From IMG/VR virus record IMGVR_UViG_3300020056_001798, positions 1 to 56,640 of that record: a DNA stretch of 56,640 bases. The stretch is one strand, 5' to 3'. The position numbers and the translations under genes were made by a program. A model generated the notes under the pieces. It was not told the origin of the DNA. It ran no database searches and worked only from the letters and a program-made list of their open reading frames with translations. The stretch is from a virus. Taxonomy: Duplodnaviria > Caudoviricetes. Below, piece by piece: positions 10,425 through 19,707 of the stretch; within the stretch, counting starts at the first letter, position 1; each line of letters begins with the position of its first letter.

Positions 10425-10690
10425 GTAACGTTGAAGCCAATCAACGACGAACTGGACGGGAGTTCGAATCTCCCCACCTCCACCAATAAACTTCTATGGG
10501 GGTGTTCCGGGAATCGACAGGCGTAATAGAGAACGTGGAGTTACCGGTAGGCGAGACCGTAAATCAGCAAACACAATAATTGCAAACAGCAATTTTAAAC
10601 CTGAACTTTTCTTTGACGCAGAAGTCTTAGAAGCAGCCTAAGGGCAAGTTCGCGGTATAGGCTCCACCGGGCAACAGAACGGGCCTGCTA
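10425..10690 (+). ncRNA. ssrA: circularly permuted two-piece tmRNA, alphaproteobacterial type
   Basis: T-arm GGGAG-TTCGAAT-CTCCC and CACCTCC-ACCA (ends 10485) precede GGGGGTG (10498), giving an acceptor stem with G3.U70 and a 12-nt spacer. Tag frame 10582-10641 reads ANSNFKPELFFDAEVLEAA*. GGCAACAGAA lies near the 3' end. Outer ends are approximate. Confidence 0.93.
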
Positions 10691-10765
10691 CATTTTAGCG
10701 CACCTTTAGTTGTTGACTTCTCTTACAATCCGTGCTATATATTATTACACACATAGGAGACACGG

Positions 10766-10861
10766 ATGTTAAAATTCTTTTTAAACCTTTTCAAAATAGA
10801 AACCCCAAACGGTGTGCTACACAGAGCTCATACAACAAAGTATGAGGATCTATGTCAATGA
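10766..10861 (+). CDS. 31-aa protein MLKFFLNLFKIETPNGVLHRAHTTKYEDLCQ
   Basis: Promoter at 10713, SD AGGAG, ATGA coupling to the next gene; absent from the ORF track. Confidence 0.7.
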   Translation: MLKFFLNLFKIETPNGVLHRAHTTKYEDLCQ

Positions 10862-11073
10862 GTGATGATGTAAGAGCAGCCGCACAAAAACAAGCAGAAC
10901 AAGCAATGGATGGGTTTATCCTTTGGAGCAAACGAGCTACACTATGGAGCGCATTCTTTTTATGTGTTGTTGTATTTGCTTGCAACAGCGGCGTAGAAAC
11001 AGGACCGAACGCAACAGGAAGTGGCTATAACGGCGAACAGTATAGCCCAAGTAATTTGAGCGTAAAAAAATGA
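10858..11073 (+). CDS. aa3-type cytochrome c oxidase subunit IV-like membrane protein
   Basis: QAEQAMDGFILWSKR followed by one TM helix, resembling alphaproteobacterial CtaH. Confidence 0.55.
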   Translation: MSDDVRAAAQKQAEQAMDGFILWSKRATLWSAFFLCVVVFACNSGVETGPNATGSGYNGEQYSPSNLSVKK

Positions 11074-11198
11074 TAGAAGTTATCGGTATATTTAGAGACA
11101 AAACTGTCAAAAAAATATTTGATAATGTATTAGATGCAATAGATTTTAGGGACGATCTAGATGCACAGTATGCTAAAGTAATATGGAGGGCATTATGA
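11070..11198 (+). CDS. 42-aa hypothetical protein
   Basis: MIEVIGIFRDK...WRAL; ATGA overlaps at both ends. Confidence 0.65.
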   Translation: MIEVIGIFRDKTVKKIFDNVLDAIDFRDDLDAQYAKVIWRAL

Positions 11199-11413
11199 AA
11201 CCTAATTTAAAGTTTGAACTTAGCGTAAAGGACATTCGTATTATCGAAGAAGCACTAAACAATAAAGTTATGCGCAGAAGTCAGCGGATACTTGACGGAG
11301 AAGATCCTGAAATCTTGCAAACAGAAGCAGCAGAGATAAGGGATTTACTAGGACGAATTCACAACCAGAAGAACTGGTATCGTCCAAACAACGCAATCTA
11401 TGTAGGAGGATAA
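11195..11413 (+). CDS. hypothetical protein
   Basis: MKPNLKFELS...LGRIHNQKNWYRP; SD GGAGG. Confidence 0.7.
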   Translation: MKPNLKFELSVKDIRIIEEALNNKVMRRSQRILDGEDPEILQTEAAEIRDLLGRIHNQKNWYRPNNAIYVGG

Positions 11414-11414
11414 G

Positions 11415-11837
11415 ATGCGGATTTTTTTAACTACACTAGGACTAATTTTTGCAATGGCCACAGGAGCGTTGGCAGCAGATATCTCAATCGATATGTTGAA
11501 CAAACGTGACGACGGTGCTAAGATGGTGTATTCAGAAGACATTGCACGTATTGATGTAGGTGACACCATTACTTGGCTACCAAAAAGTAAAGGTCACAAT
11601 GTAGAATTTATCGCGGGCCCAGATGGTTGGGAAGCACCAAAGAAATCAAAACAAGGCAAAGAATATGCCTACACATTTGATACACCGGGTGTTTATTTGT
11701 ATCAATGCACACCACACAAGTCAATGGGTATGATTGCCATTGTAGTTGTAGGTGATGGCGATAACGATATCTCAGGTGCTAAGGTAAAAGGCAAGTCTAA
11801 GAAAAAACTAAAAGAGCTTTTAGCTAACCTATCCTAG
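11415..11837 (+). CDS. pseudoazurin (blue copper protein)
   Basis: Signal peptide, MLNK and type-1 Cu ligands in GHNV and CTPH..MGM. Confidence 0.92.
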   Translation: MRIFLTTLGLIFAMATGALAADISIDMLNKRDDGAKMVYSEDIARIDVGDTITWLPKSKGHNVEFIAGPDGWEAPKKSKQGKEYAYTFDTPGVYLYQCTPHKSMGMIAIVVVGDGDNDISGAKVKGKSKKKLKELLANLS

Positions 11838-11927
11838 TGTTGCACAGATACAACACTTAATGCTATTATAATCAAGAATAGTTCTTATTTAGGTTATACA
11901 CATCTAAAAATATGTAAATAAAAAGTC

Positions 11928-11958
11928 AAAAGGGCAAGCTGATCACTTGCCCTTTTTT
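11928..11958 (+). terminator. terminator-like hairpin upstream of the porin gene
   Basis: AAAAGGGCAAG/CTTGCCCTTTT followed by T residues. Confidence 0.7.
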
Positions 11959-11992
11959 ACGCAATAACAAAAATAAAAAGAAAGGTAAATTA

Positions 11993-12775
11993 ATGCGCAA
12001 TGTATTTATTTTAGCAGCAGCCGCAGCAATGGCCGCGACTGTAGCAAACGCAGACACTGTTAATCCAATGCCGGTAGGTGCAATGCTAACTGGCTCAATG
12101 GAAGTTGAAATCAACAGTGACAAAGAAGCAACTCTTACACTAGGTGCAGGCCTAAGTGCAGGTAATGTTGCATTTGGTTCATTCAATGTTGAATCAGTAG
12201 ACGGTGGTACTTTTACACTAGACCAATGGCAAATTGGTGCAGATGTTGCAGGAGCAACACTATCATTTGGTGATCAAGACGGTGTATTTGTTGAAGGCGA
12301 AAACGGTGCAACATTAGCAGCGCCAGCAATGGAAGAATCACTTAAAGTATCTGTAGGCGATGCACAAGTTGCAGTAGGCTTAACAGATTGGAATGCAGAT
12401 ATCTCAGACATTTCAAATGTTCAAGGTGCTTACACAATGGGAACAGGATTTGCATCAATCACAGCAAGTGGTGACTACAACCTAGACACAGAAAACTGGA
12501 CACTAGGTGGTCGTGCTGACGGAGTTGAAGTTGCAAACATTATGCTAGGTTCAACATTAACATACGGTTCAGCAGACGAGCAAATTGCTTTTGAAGTTGA
12601 TGGTTCTATGATGGGTCTAACAGCATATGCAAACGGTGATGCAGATGATGTGCTACAGAACGTAGGTGCTTCATACGGTCGTACAGTTTCAGGTTTAGAA
12701 CTAGGTACAGAACTAAACTACAACCTAGACTCAGAAGAGTTTACTCCAAGTGTAACAGTTGGTTTTAGTTTCTAA
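11993..12775 (+). CDS. outer-membrane porin, Rhodobacter-type beta-barrel
   Basis: Signal peptide, alternating beta strands, LSFGD and a C-terminal Phe (VTVGFSF). Confidence 0.8.
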   Translation: MRNVFILAAAAAMAATVANADTVNPMPVGAMLTGSMEVEINSDKEATLTLGAGLSAGNVAFGSFNVESVDGGTFTLDQWQIGADVAGATLSFGDQDGVFVEGENGATLAAPAMEESLKVSVGDAQVAVGLTDWNADISDISNVQGAYTMGTGFASITASGDYNLDTENWTLGGRADGVEVANIMLGSTLTYGSADEQIAFEVDGSMMGLTAYANGDADDVLQNVGASYGRTVSGLELGTELNYNLDSEEFTPSVTVGFSF

Positions 12776-12801
12776 GAAAAACACATAGAAGAAACAGTGT
12801 A

Positions 12802-12827
12802 AAAGGGCGGTGGCAACATCGCCCTTT
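12802..12827 (+). terminator. intrinsic terminator
   Basis: AAAGGGCGGTG-GCAA-CATCGCCCTTT. Confidence 0.8.
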
Positions 12828-12871
12828 AGTCTTGACTAAATAACGTAGTATATAACTGTAAAGGAATTCCT

Positions 12872-13213
12872 ATGAACGCAAAATTTGGAATAGGTGTTGT
12901 TATAGCGATCGTTATGCAAGTAAGTGCATTTGTATGGTGGACAGCACAACAAGCACAAACAATAGAAACACTCAAGGGGGAAGTAAGTGAACTAACAAGT
13001 CGTATGGCAGTTGAAGATGAAATCAATATGGCACGTGACTTAAAAGATATGAAAGAACAACTTGCAGAACACGAACAATGGATATCTGAAAACTACGAAG
13101 AAATTTTAATGTTAATTGACTTTGCAAAGTTTACAGAAAACAAATGGGCAGACTCGTATGCAACAGACGACACATACGAACGCAAATGGGGTAACAAACC
13201 GCCACAAGAATAA
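12872..13213 (+). CDS. membrane-anchored coiled-coil protein
   Basis: N-terminal TM helix followed by heptad repeats. Confidence 0.7.
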   Translation: MNAKFGIGVVIAIVMQVSAFVWWTAQQAQTIETLKGEVSELTSRMAVEDEINMARDLKDMKEQLAEHEQWISENYEEILMLIDFAKFTENKWADSYATDDTYERKWGNKPPQE

Positions 13214-13235
13214 GCATTAACAAGAGAGGGCAAAA

Positions 13236-13733
13236 ATGCAACAAAATGAATATGACGTCACAGTTATTAAGGTAGTCGACGGTGACACTGTTGACGTAGA
13301 TATTGACTTAGGATTTGGTGTAACACTGAGAGATGAACGTGTTCGAATTATGGGGATAGATACTCCTGAATCACGCACAAGAGATAAAGTAGAAGATCTA
13401 TTTGGTGAAGCAGCAAAGGCTAGATTGAAAGAACTCCTTCAAGATGGCGGCAAACTAATTACAACTGAAAACAAAAAAGGCGAAGATATGAAAGGCAAGT
13501 TCGGACGTATCTTAGGCGACTTCAAAGTAGAACGCTATGAAGGACAACCAGCAGAGCGTGTTACAGATATCCTTATTGAAGAAGGTCACGCAGTAGCATA
13601 CTTTGGCGGATCAAAAGAAGAGATTGCTCTAAAGCACGAGGCAAATAGACAGAAGTTGTTGCGTGAAGGTGTTATTGCACAAGAAGATTACGATGCAGCA
13701 GTCGCTCTAATGGAAGGAAAGAAAAACAGTTGA
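13236..13733 (+). CDS. thermonuclease (SNase family)
   Basis: VVDGDT, RIMGIDTPE and KFGRILG motifs. Confidence 0.92.
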   Translation: MQQNEYDVTVIKVVDGDTVDVDIDLGFGVTLRDERVRIMGIDTPESRTRDKVEDLFGEAAKARLKELLQDGGKLITTENKKGEDMKGKFGRILGDFKVERYEGQPAERVTDILIEEGHAVAYFGGSKEEIALKHEANRQKLLREGVIAQEDYDAAVALMEGKKNS

Positions 13734-13793
13734 CAACCCCTCAAACTCCTGCTATAATAGTAACACTATTAACAAAATAGCAGGAGTTTTATT

Positions 13794-14222
13794 ATGACGA
13801 TGCATTTAGTAGGGCCGTATATGACTACGACCAACTACAAGAAGCGTAAGCCTAAGAAACTAACCAACAATCAAAGACTTAAACTAGAACAAGAATGGCG
13901 AGCATACAACAAACGTATGCGGCAACAAAACTGTCATTCGGCACAGTTCGAGCAGTTCGAACAGTATCTTTCGTACCTTCGCGGCGAACACAAACCACGC
14001 AAAAAAGAGTTTGAAACATACAAACCAAAACCTACCGTACATCGCGAAACCAAGCAATATCCTAGCCTATCTAATAACATTGCAGGATTTGCACCTCGTA
14101 AAGAATCACAACAATATACAGGAGACCTTATCGTTGGCATTGGCACTATGCACAAATCTAATGCTGTACCTATTATGCGAGGTACTAATGAAGCAAAAGA
14201 TCTTGCAAGAATGCGCCGGTAA
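13794..14222 (+). CDS. basic hypothetical phage protein
   Basis: C-terminal YTG..IVGIGTMHKSNAVP motif; own promoter and SD. Confidence 0.75.
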   Translation: MTMHLVGPYMTTTNYKKRKPKKLTNNQRLKLEQEWRAYNKRMRQQNCHSAQFEQFEQYLSYLRGEHKPRKKEFETYKPKPTVHRETKQYPSLSNNIAGFAPRKESQQYTGDLIVGIGTMHKSNAVPIMRGTNEAKDLARMRR

Positions 14223-14243
14223 ATAACGTGAGGGGATAAATCA

Positions 14244-14753
14244 ATGAAACATCTAATTTTGACAACAGTAATGTTGTTTGTTGCCGCTACGGCAAATGCT
14301 CAAGAACTTTTTACAAAAGATGCGCATCCAGAGGAATATTGTCTAGCTCTTAACATTTACCACGAAGCACGAGGATCTAATTTTGCAGATCAGGTTGCTG
14401 TAGCTGATGTTGTTCTTAATCGAGTAGATGACAGTAGATATCCGAATTCGGTATGTAATGTTGTGTACGATGGACGCCATAAACCTAGCTGGAAAACAGG
14501 GGAGCCTGTTCCTATCCGAAATCAATGTCAGTTTAGTTGGTATTGTGATGGTAAATCAGACGATCCAAAAGACACAGATGCGTGGCGCAAAGCACAACAA
14601 ACAGCATATATGATTGTGAACTATGGTGACTTTAGAGGTATTACTGAAGGGTCTACACATTATCACGCAACTTATGTTGCGCCAAGTTGGGCACGGGGAT
14701 TTCAACTCATTGGCCGTATAGGAGATCATATCTATTATAGGTGGAATGATTAA
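14244..14753 (+). CDS. SleB/CwlJ-family cell wall hydrolase
   Basis: CLALNIYHEARG, VVLNRV, CQFSW, THYHA and IGDHIYY motifs. Confidence 0.92.
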   Translation: MKHLILTTVMLFVAATANAQELFTKDAHPEEYCLALNIYHEARGSNFADQVAVADVVLNRVDDSRYPNSVCNVVYDGRHKPSWKTGEPVPIRNQCQFSWYCDGKSDDPKDTDAWRKAQQTAYMIVNYGDFRGITEGSTHYHATYVAPSWARGFQLIGRIGDHIYYRWND

Positions 14754-14794
14754 ATTACAGTTTAATTTGGAGATCATATGGGGTTAAATATTAT

Positions 14795-17038
14795 ATGATA
14801 TTTGCATTACTTACAATGCTGACAGCACTATCTATTAGTGCTGTGGCAATATATTATTCTGTAGCAGGCCTTGTGGCTATTTTTGCTGCGGCTGCTATAC
14901 CTATTATTATTATGGGCAGTGTGTTAGAAGTTGGTAAACTTGTAACTGCTGTATGGCTACACAGATATTGGCAGCAAGCAACTTGGTGGTTAAAAACTTA
15001 TCTTACAGTTGCGGTGCTTGTTTTGATGTTTATTACTTCAATGGGCATATTTGGTTTCTTATCTAAAGCACACATTGAACAAACAAGTGCAAGCCAAGAA
15101 AGTGTTGCACAAGTTGAAAGGCTTACAACAGAGATTGCACGTCAAGAAGGTATTGTTGTAAGAGCACAAGAACGTATTGAAGATCTACAATCTAACGGTG
15201 TAGGTGCAGATGCGAATATACAAGCACAAATTGATAAAGAGCAGGAACGTATAGATAAAGCATTCGAACGCATACAGCCTGCTATTGATCAACAAAATCA
15301 AATTATAGCTGATGCTCGTGAAACTGATGCGACTAGAACAAAACCTTATGAGGATCAACTATCTAATTTATCTGAAGAACTACGTAGGCTTAATGAGCAA
15401 GCAAACCAGTATGAAGACAGAATCAGTGCCTTGGTAGTAGATACTAGTGCTGTAGATCCTCTGCTTGCACAAATTGCACAGATTGAAGAAAGTATAGTCA
15501 AAGTACAAGGACAAATTGCAAGCGGCGAACGTGAACAGATTAGACAAGCACAACAAACAATAGGTTCAAACCCTGACGGATTTGTAGGTAACAACACACG
15601 CAGAGCAGTAAATGCTTGGATTGAACAACAGCGTGTTAGAATCACAGATATAAATTCTCAAATTAGTAATTTACGTAAAGAAGCGCAAGATGCCTTGGCA
15701 GACGAACGTGATAGACTAGGTATGCTTGTTTCCCGTATACGAGGTGAACAAACAGATGCTATTAAGGATAGAGAACTTGAAATTCTTGCACAAATAGACA
15801 ATGTTCGAGGAACTGAATCACCTGCAATCCAAACAGCAAGAGATGAAATACAAAGACTACGTGAAAGTGCAGAATCGCAGGTTGCACAGTCACAAGCATT
15901 AATTGAACGACTAAGAGCGCAACTAGCACAAGAAGATAAGGCAGCTGAAATAGATGCTGCAATCGAAGAACAAAACGCTAGAATAAAAAATGCTAACACA
16001 GAAATTGATACACTTACAGAAGAAAAATATGCCTTAGAAGCAGAATATAGAAAATTAGAAGCTGAAGTAGGTCCAGTAAAATATTTGGCTGAGTTTGTTT
16101 ACGGAGAGAAAGCAGACCAAGACCTACTAGAAGAAGCAGTCCGCTGGGTGATACTAGTTATCATCTTTGTTTTTGACCCATTGGCCGTGTTACTTTTGAT
16201 CGCAAGTCAATATACGTTTGAACTACATCGCAAACGTAAAGACGATCAGAAGGAGGGACATCGGCTCGACTGGGCAGAATATGAAAGACTAAGAGCGCAG
16301 AAAATCAATGACAACCCTGGTTTTGATATTGACGATCCTACGCCGCCTGCGGAAGAGGAGAAATTAAATGAAACACCTGATAGACCTAATGATGAACAAT
16401 CAGATAGGACAGAAGAAGACAGAACCGGAAGAGAAAGCAGAGGAGACTCCAACACAGAAAGTTCAGCCGCCGATGACACCGTCGAGGTTGGCAGAGATAC
16501 TACCGATGATAGAGCCACAAATGATGGAGGAGACACTTCCAACAGAGTGGACGAAGGAGAAAGAGTAGATGATACAGAACCTACTACTACAACAGATGCA
16601 GATTTGGGAGACGTGGTATCAGAAGATGATATTACCGACACAGATGTTCCAAATACAACAATGGAACAGCCTGAAGTACAGACTGATGAGGACCGTCCTG
16701 AAGGATGGACGCCAACAAGAAACAAGTTCTTCTACAAAGACGAACACGACGAAGTAGTTTCTAAAAAAATTAAACACCCTGAAGAAATTAAAAGAGAACT
16801 TGAGTACGAAGAAAAGGAAAAAGACGAACAGTTTCAAGCAAGCAAAACAGCCTGGAAGGAACAACATCCTAACGATACACTAAAAAGGTATAAAAATCTG
16901 TATGTGAAGGGTTTAATTGATTCACTTCCTTGGGAAGACACTTCGACAAGCGATAACTACAAAGAGCAAGAAGGTTATTCGCAAAATGCTGAACAATCAG
17001 AAAACACAATCTTTAATAAAATTAACAAAGAGTCTTAA
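14795..17038 (+). CDS. multi-TM long coiled-coil protein with peptidoglycan-binding-like motif and acidic tail
   Basis: Three N-terminal TMs, long heptad region, PDGFVGNNTRRA and a late TM (IIFVFDPLAVLLL). Confidence 0.75.
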   Translation: MIFALLTMLTALSISAVAIYYSVAGLVAIFAAAAIPIIIMGSVLEVGKLVTAVWLHRYWQQATWWLKTYLTVAVLVLMFITSMGIFGFLSKAHIEQTSASQESVAQVERLTTEIARQEGIVVRAQERIEDLQSNGVGADANIQAQIDKEQERIDKAFERIQPAIDQQNQIIADARETDATRTKPYEDQLSNLSEELRRLNEQANQYEDRISALVVDTSAVDPLLAQIAQIEESIVKVQGQIASGEREQIRQAQQTIGSNPDGFVGNNTRRAVNAWIEQQRVRITDINSQISNLRKEAQDALADERDRLGMLVSRIRGEQTDAIKDRELEILAQIDNVRGTESPAIQTARDEIQRLRESAESQVAQSQALIERLRAQLAQEDKAAEIDAAIEEQNARIKNANTEIDTLTEEKYALEAEYRKLEAEVGPVKYLAEFVYGEKADQDLLEEAVRWVILVIIFVFDPLAVLLLIASQYTFELHRKRKDDQKEGHRLDWAEYERLRAQKINDNPGFDIDDPTPPAEEEKLNETPDRPNDEQSDRTEEDRTGRESRGDSNTESSAADDTVEVGRDTTDDRATNDGGDTSNRVDEGERVDDTEPTTTTDADLGDVVSEDDITDTDVPNTTMEQPEVQTDEDRPEGWTPTRNKFFYKDEHDEVVSKKIKHPEEIKRELEYEEKEKDEQFQASKTAWKEQHPNDTLKRYKNLYVKGLIDSLPWEDTSTSDNYKEQEGYSQNAEQSENTIFNKINKES

Positions 17039-17040
17039 TA

Positions 17041-17436
17041 TTGACTAAAGTACAACTTATCACGCCGTTTGATATTCTTAGGGATGATAATTATCAAATG
17101 CTTTTGATGTATCCTTCTGCTGATACACAAAAATCACTGCAATATGATTTTCTTGGCAAAATAGATTTTGACATCAATGTTTACATCTATGACAAGCCAG
17201 AATATAATGACAAAGAAGTTGAATGGCTACTTAATGTTTTTGGCGTATGCGATTTAGCAATTATAGACGTTGATTACGTAAGTCCTCATATAAGAGATTT
17301 GCTTGGATACTTTATTGCAAAACCTAAAACTTATTGGTTGACAAACAGCCAAGATACAGTGTATAATCATATTAGTAAAAATAGAAATTATACGCTAGAT
17401 TTCTTATCGAACCTAGGAGGTACAATTGAAACGTAA
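17041..17436 (+). CDS. hypothetical protein
   Basis: 131-aa ORF in operon context. Confidence 0.65.
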   Translation: MTKVQLITPFDILRDDNYQMLLMYPSADTQKSLQYDFLGKIDFDINVYIYDKPEYNDKEVEWLLNVFGVCDLAIIDVDYVSPHIRDLLGYFIAKPKTYWLTNSQDTVYNHISKNRNYTLDFLSNLGGTIET

Positions 17437-17677
17437 TAAGAATTTCAACAATCAAGATCACAATGTCAAAGGACTCAGTGTTGAAGTACGTAATGGAGAC
17501 TTTAATTTTGCATTACGTAAATTTAAAAAGAAAGTTCAAGAAGCTGGTATACTTCAAGAACTACGTGAAAGAGAATTTTATACTAAACCTAGCTTAAAAA
17601 GGAAGAAAGCAAAAGCTGCAGGCAGAGCACGTTGGTTGAAAAAACTACGTAAACAAGAACAGGAAAGAGGATACTAG
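17426..17677 (+). CDS. rpsU: ribosomal protein bS21
   Basis: VEVRNGDFNFALRKFKKKV..GILQELREREFYTKPS; SD AGGAGG with TTG start. Confidence 0.93.
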   Translation: MKRNKNFNNQDHNVKGLSVEVRNGDFNFALRKFKKKVQEAGILQELREREFYTKPSLKRKKAKAAGRARWLKKLRKQEQERGY

Positions 17678-17680
17678 AAA

Positions 17681-18823
17681 ATGCGTCTCGAAGAAGATGT
17701 AAAACTAGACTATAAGGACGTTTTGATTCGTCCTAAGCGTTCAACACTTGGCAGCCGCAAAGAAGTTGATCTAGAACGTGGTTACACATTCCGTAACTAT
17801 GAACCAGACTTTCCAGATAATATAGAACATCGTCATTGGCGAGGAGTTCCTATTATGGCAAGTAATATGGACGGTGTTGGCACATTTGAAATGGCTGACA
17901 GTCTTGCTAGAGAAGGTATTTTTACTTGTCTAGTTAAAACTTATAGTGTAAACGAACTAGTAAACTTCTTTGATACTGACGACTACAATCGTACCAACTA
18001 TGTTGCTATGAGCATTGGTATTACAGACAAAGACGAAATGAAGTTCCGCGATGTATATGAACAAGCAGACAGTAATCTAAAGTATGTTTGCATTGATGTT
18101 GCTAACGGATATTCAGAACGTTTTGCTGAATTTGTGCGCAATTTTAGACAGCGTTATCCACACATTGTAATCATTGCAGGTAACGTTGTTACAGGCGAAA
18201 TGACGGAGGAACTTATTCTTGCTGGAGCAGATATTATTAAAGTTGGGATTGGCCCTGGGTCGGTCTGTACGACACGTATACAAACTGGTGTTGGTTATCC
18301 GCAACTATCCGCAGTCATTGAGTGTGCGGATGCTGCTCACGGGCTTGGCGGGCATATTATCGCTGATGGTGGTTGTACAACTCCAGGCGATGTAGCAAAA
18401 GCATTTGCAGCAGGTGCTGACTTTGTGATGCTTGGTGGTATGCTTGCCGGACACGATGAAGGTGGCGGCGAAGTAATCACTAAGACTTACGAAACTAATG
18501 AAGTGACTAAAACAGATGACGGATTCTTTGAGTCCGTTTATGAAGAAAAGAAGTTTGTGCAATTCTACGGTATGAGTAGTAAAAGCGCAAACGAAAAGCA
18601 TTTTGGCGGGTTGAAAGATTATCGCTCGTCAGAAGGCAGGACGGTTCTAGTACCTTACAAAGGATCCGTAGCAGATACTGTACAAGAGATCCTCGGGGGT
18701 GTTAGATCCACCTGCACATACGCTGGGGCAGTGCGATTGAAGCACTTGTCAAAGTGTACAACATTTGTTCGTTGTACTCAAACTCATAATGCAATTTATG
18801 AATCGAGTACGATTGGCAAATGA
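17681..18823 (+). CDS. guaC: GMP reductase
   Basis: [40 protein letters not shown] and YRSSEG motifs. Confidence 0.95.
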   Translation: MRLEEDVKLDYKDVLIRPKRSTLGSRKEVDLERGYTFRNYEPDFPDNIEHRHWRGVPIMASNMDGVGTFEMADSLAREGIFTCLVKTYSVNELVNFFDTDDYNRTNYVAMSIGITDKDEMKFRDVYEQADSNLKYVCIDVANGYSERFAEFVRNFRQRYPHIVIIAGNVVTGEMTEELILAGADIIKVGIGPGSVCTTRIQTGVGYPQLSAVIECADAAHGLGGHIIADGGCTTPGDVAKAFAAGADFVMLGGMLAGHDEGGGEVITKTYETNEVTKTDDGFFESVYEEKKFVQFYGMSSKSANEKHFGGLKDYRSSEGRTVLVPYKGSVADTVQEILGGVRSTCTYAGAVRLKHLSKCTTFVRCTQTHNAIYESSTIGK

Positions 18824-18834
18824 TAAATAAACTT

Positions 18835-18888
18835 GGACGCCGAAAGGGTCCTTACATTAATCTTGCTTATTAAAGGAGAAACAAAATG
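18835..18888 (+). promoter_or_regulatory. ROSE-like RNA thermometer in the hsp20 leader
   Basis: GAAA-capped hairpin 18835-18851, then TCTTGCTT-ATTA-AAGGAGA with a bulged G opposite the SD. Confidence 0.7.
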
Positions 18889-19347
18889 ACAAGACTAACA
18901 ACTCTAGACCTACCTAACTTTCACAGAGCAACTATTGGCTTTGATAGACTATTTGATGAAATGGAAGCACGTTTTGCAAATAGCGCATCAAATGGTTACC
19001 CTCCATACAACATTGCACAAATCAACGAAGACGAGTATATGATCTCTCTTGCGGTTGCAGGCTTTGGTATGGATAACTTAGATGTAACCAAAGATGGTAA
19101 CATTTTGAGAGTAGAAGGTACATCTCCGAAAGGCGATGAAACAGTAAACTACCTACACAAAGGAATCGGCGGACGCAACTTCCGTAGAGAGTTTACACTT
19201 GCTGATCACGTAGAAGTGCATTGTGCAAATCTTGAATTAGGTATGCTAAACATCCACTTGAAGCGTGAAGTTCCAGAAGAACTACAGCCTAAGAAAATTA
19301 AGATTCAAGATAATTCTTATATCGAAGGCGAATTAGACAGCAAGTAA
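18886..19347 (+). CDS. small heat shock protein Hsp20 (IbpA-like)
   Basis: IGFDRLF, YPPYNI, LAVAGF, YLHKGI and KKIKI motifs. Confidence 0.95.
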   Translation: MTRLTTLDLPNFHRATIGFDRLFDEMEARFANSASNGYPPYNIAQINEDEYMISLAVAGFGMDNLDVTKDGNILRVEGTSPKGDETVNYLHKGIGGRNFRREFTLADHVEVHCANLELGMLNIHLKREVPEELQPKKIKIQDNSYIEGELDSK

Positions 19348-19355
19348 TCTGTCTA

Positions 19356-19383
19356 GGGGGAGTTTTTATACTCCCCCATCTTT
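19356..19383 (+). terminator. hairpin, possible terminator or RNA stabiliser
   Basis: GGGGGAGT/ACTCCCCC stem with a weak T tail. Confidence 0.5.
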
Positions 19384-19395
19384 AAAGGAGATAAA

Positions 19396-19707
19396 ATGAA
19401 TACTAATACTACACAAGATGTCATTATTGACGAAAAAATCAAAAAAGAAATTAAAGAGCCTTCACTATATAATGTTATTATGCTCAATGACGATGCTACA
19501 CCAATGGAATGGGTAATTGGTGTTTTACAGGAAATCTTTAAGCATAGCCAATCAGGTGCAGAAAATTTATGTATGCAAATTCATAATGAAGGCTCAGCCA
19601 TCGTAGGCACGTATAAGTACGAAATAGCAGAAACTAAATCCTTAGAAGCTACTAATGCAAGTAGATCACACGGATTTCCACTTCAGGTAAGAGTAGAAGA
19701 AGAATGA
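19396..19707 (+). CDS. clpS: ClpS N-degron adaptor
   Basis: PSLYNVIMLNDDATPMEWV, IHNEG and GFPL motifs. Confidence 0.93.
   Translation: MNTNTTQDVIIDEKIKKEIKEPSLYNVIMLNDDATPMEWVIGVLQEIFKHSQSGAENLCMQIHNEGSAIVGTYKYEIAETKSLEATNASRSHGFPLQVRVEEE

Noticed and set aside
10455-10485. Apparent truncated tRNA or integration att site
   Set aside because: It is explained as the acceptor piece of the permuted tmRNA, and no integrase is nearby.
11836-11857. AGTGTTG/CAACACT inverted repeat as a second site for the Fis-like protein
   Set aside because: Half-site spacing differs from the 24614 palindrome (10 versus 8 nt), so the evidence is insufficient.
15355-16867. Several minus-strand ORFs of 66-159 aa
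   Set aside because: They lie antisense within the 747-aa gene and lack motifs or an RBS.
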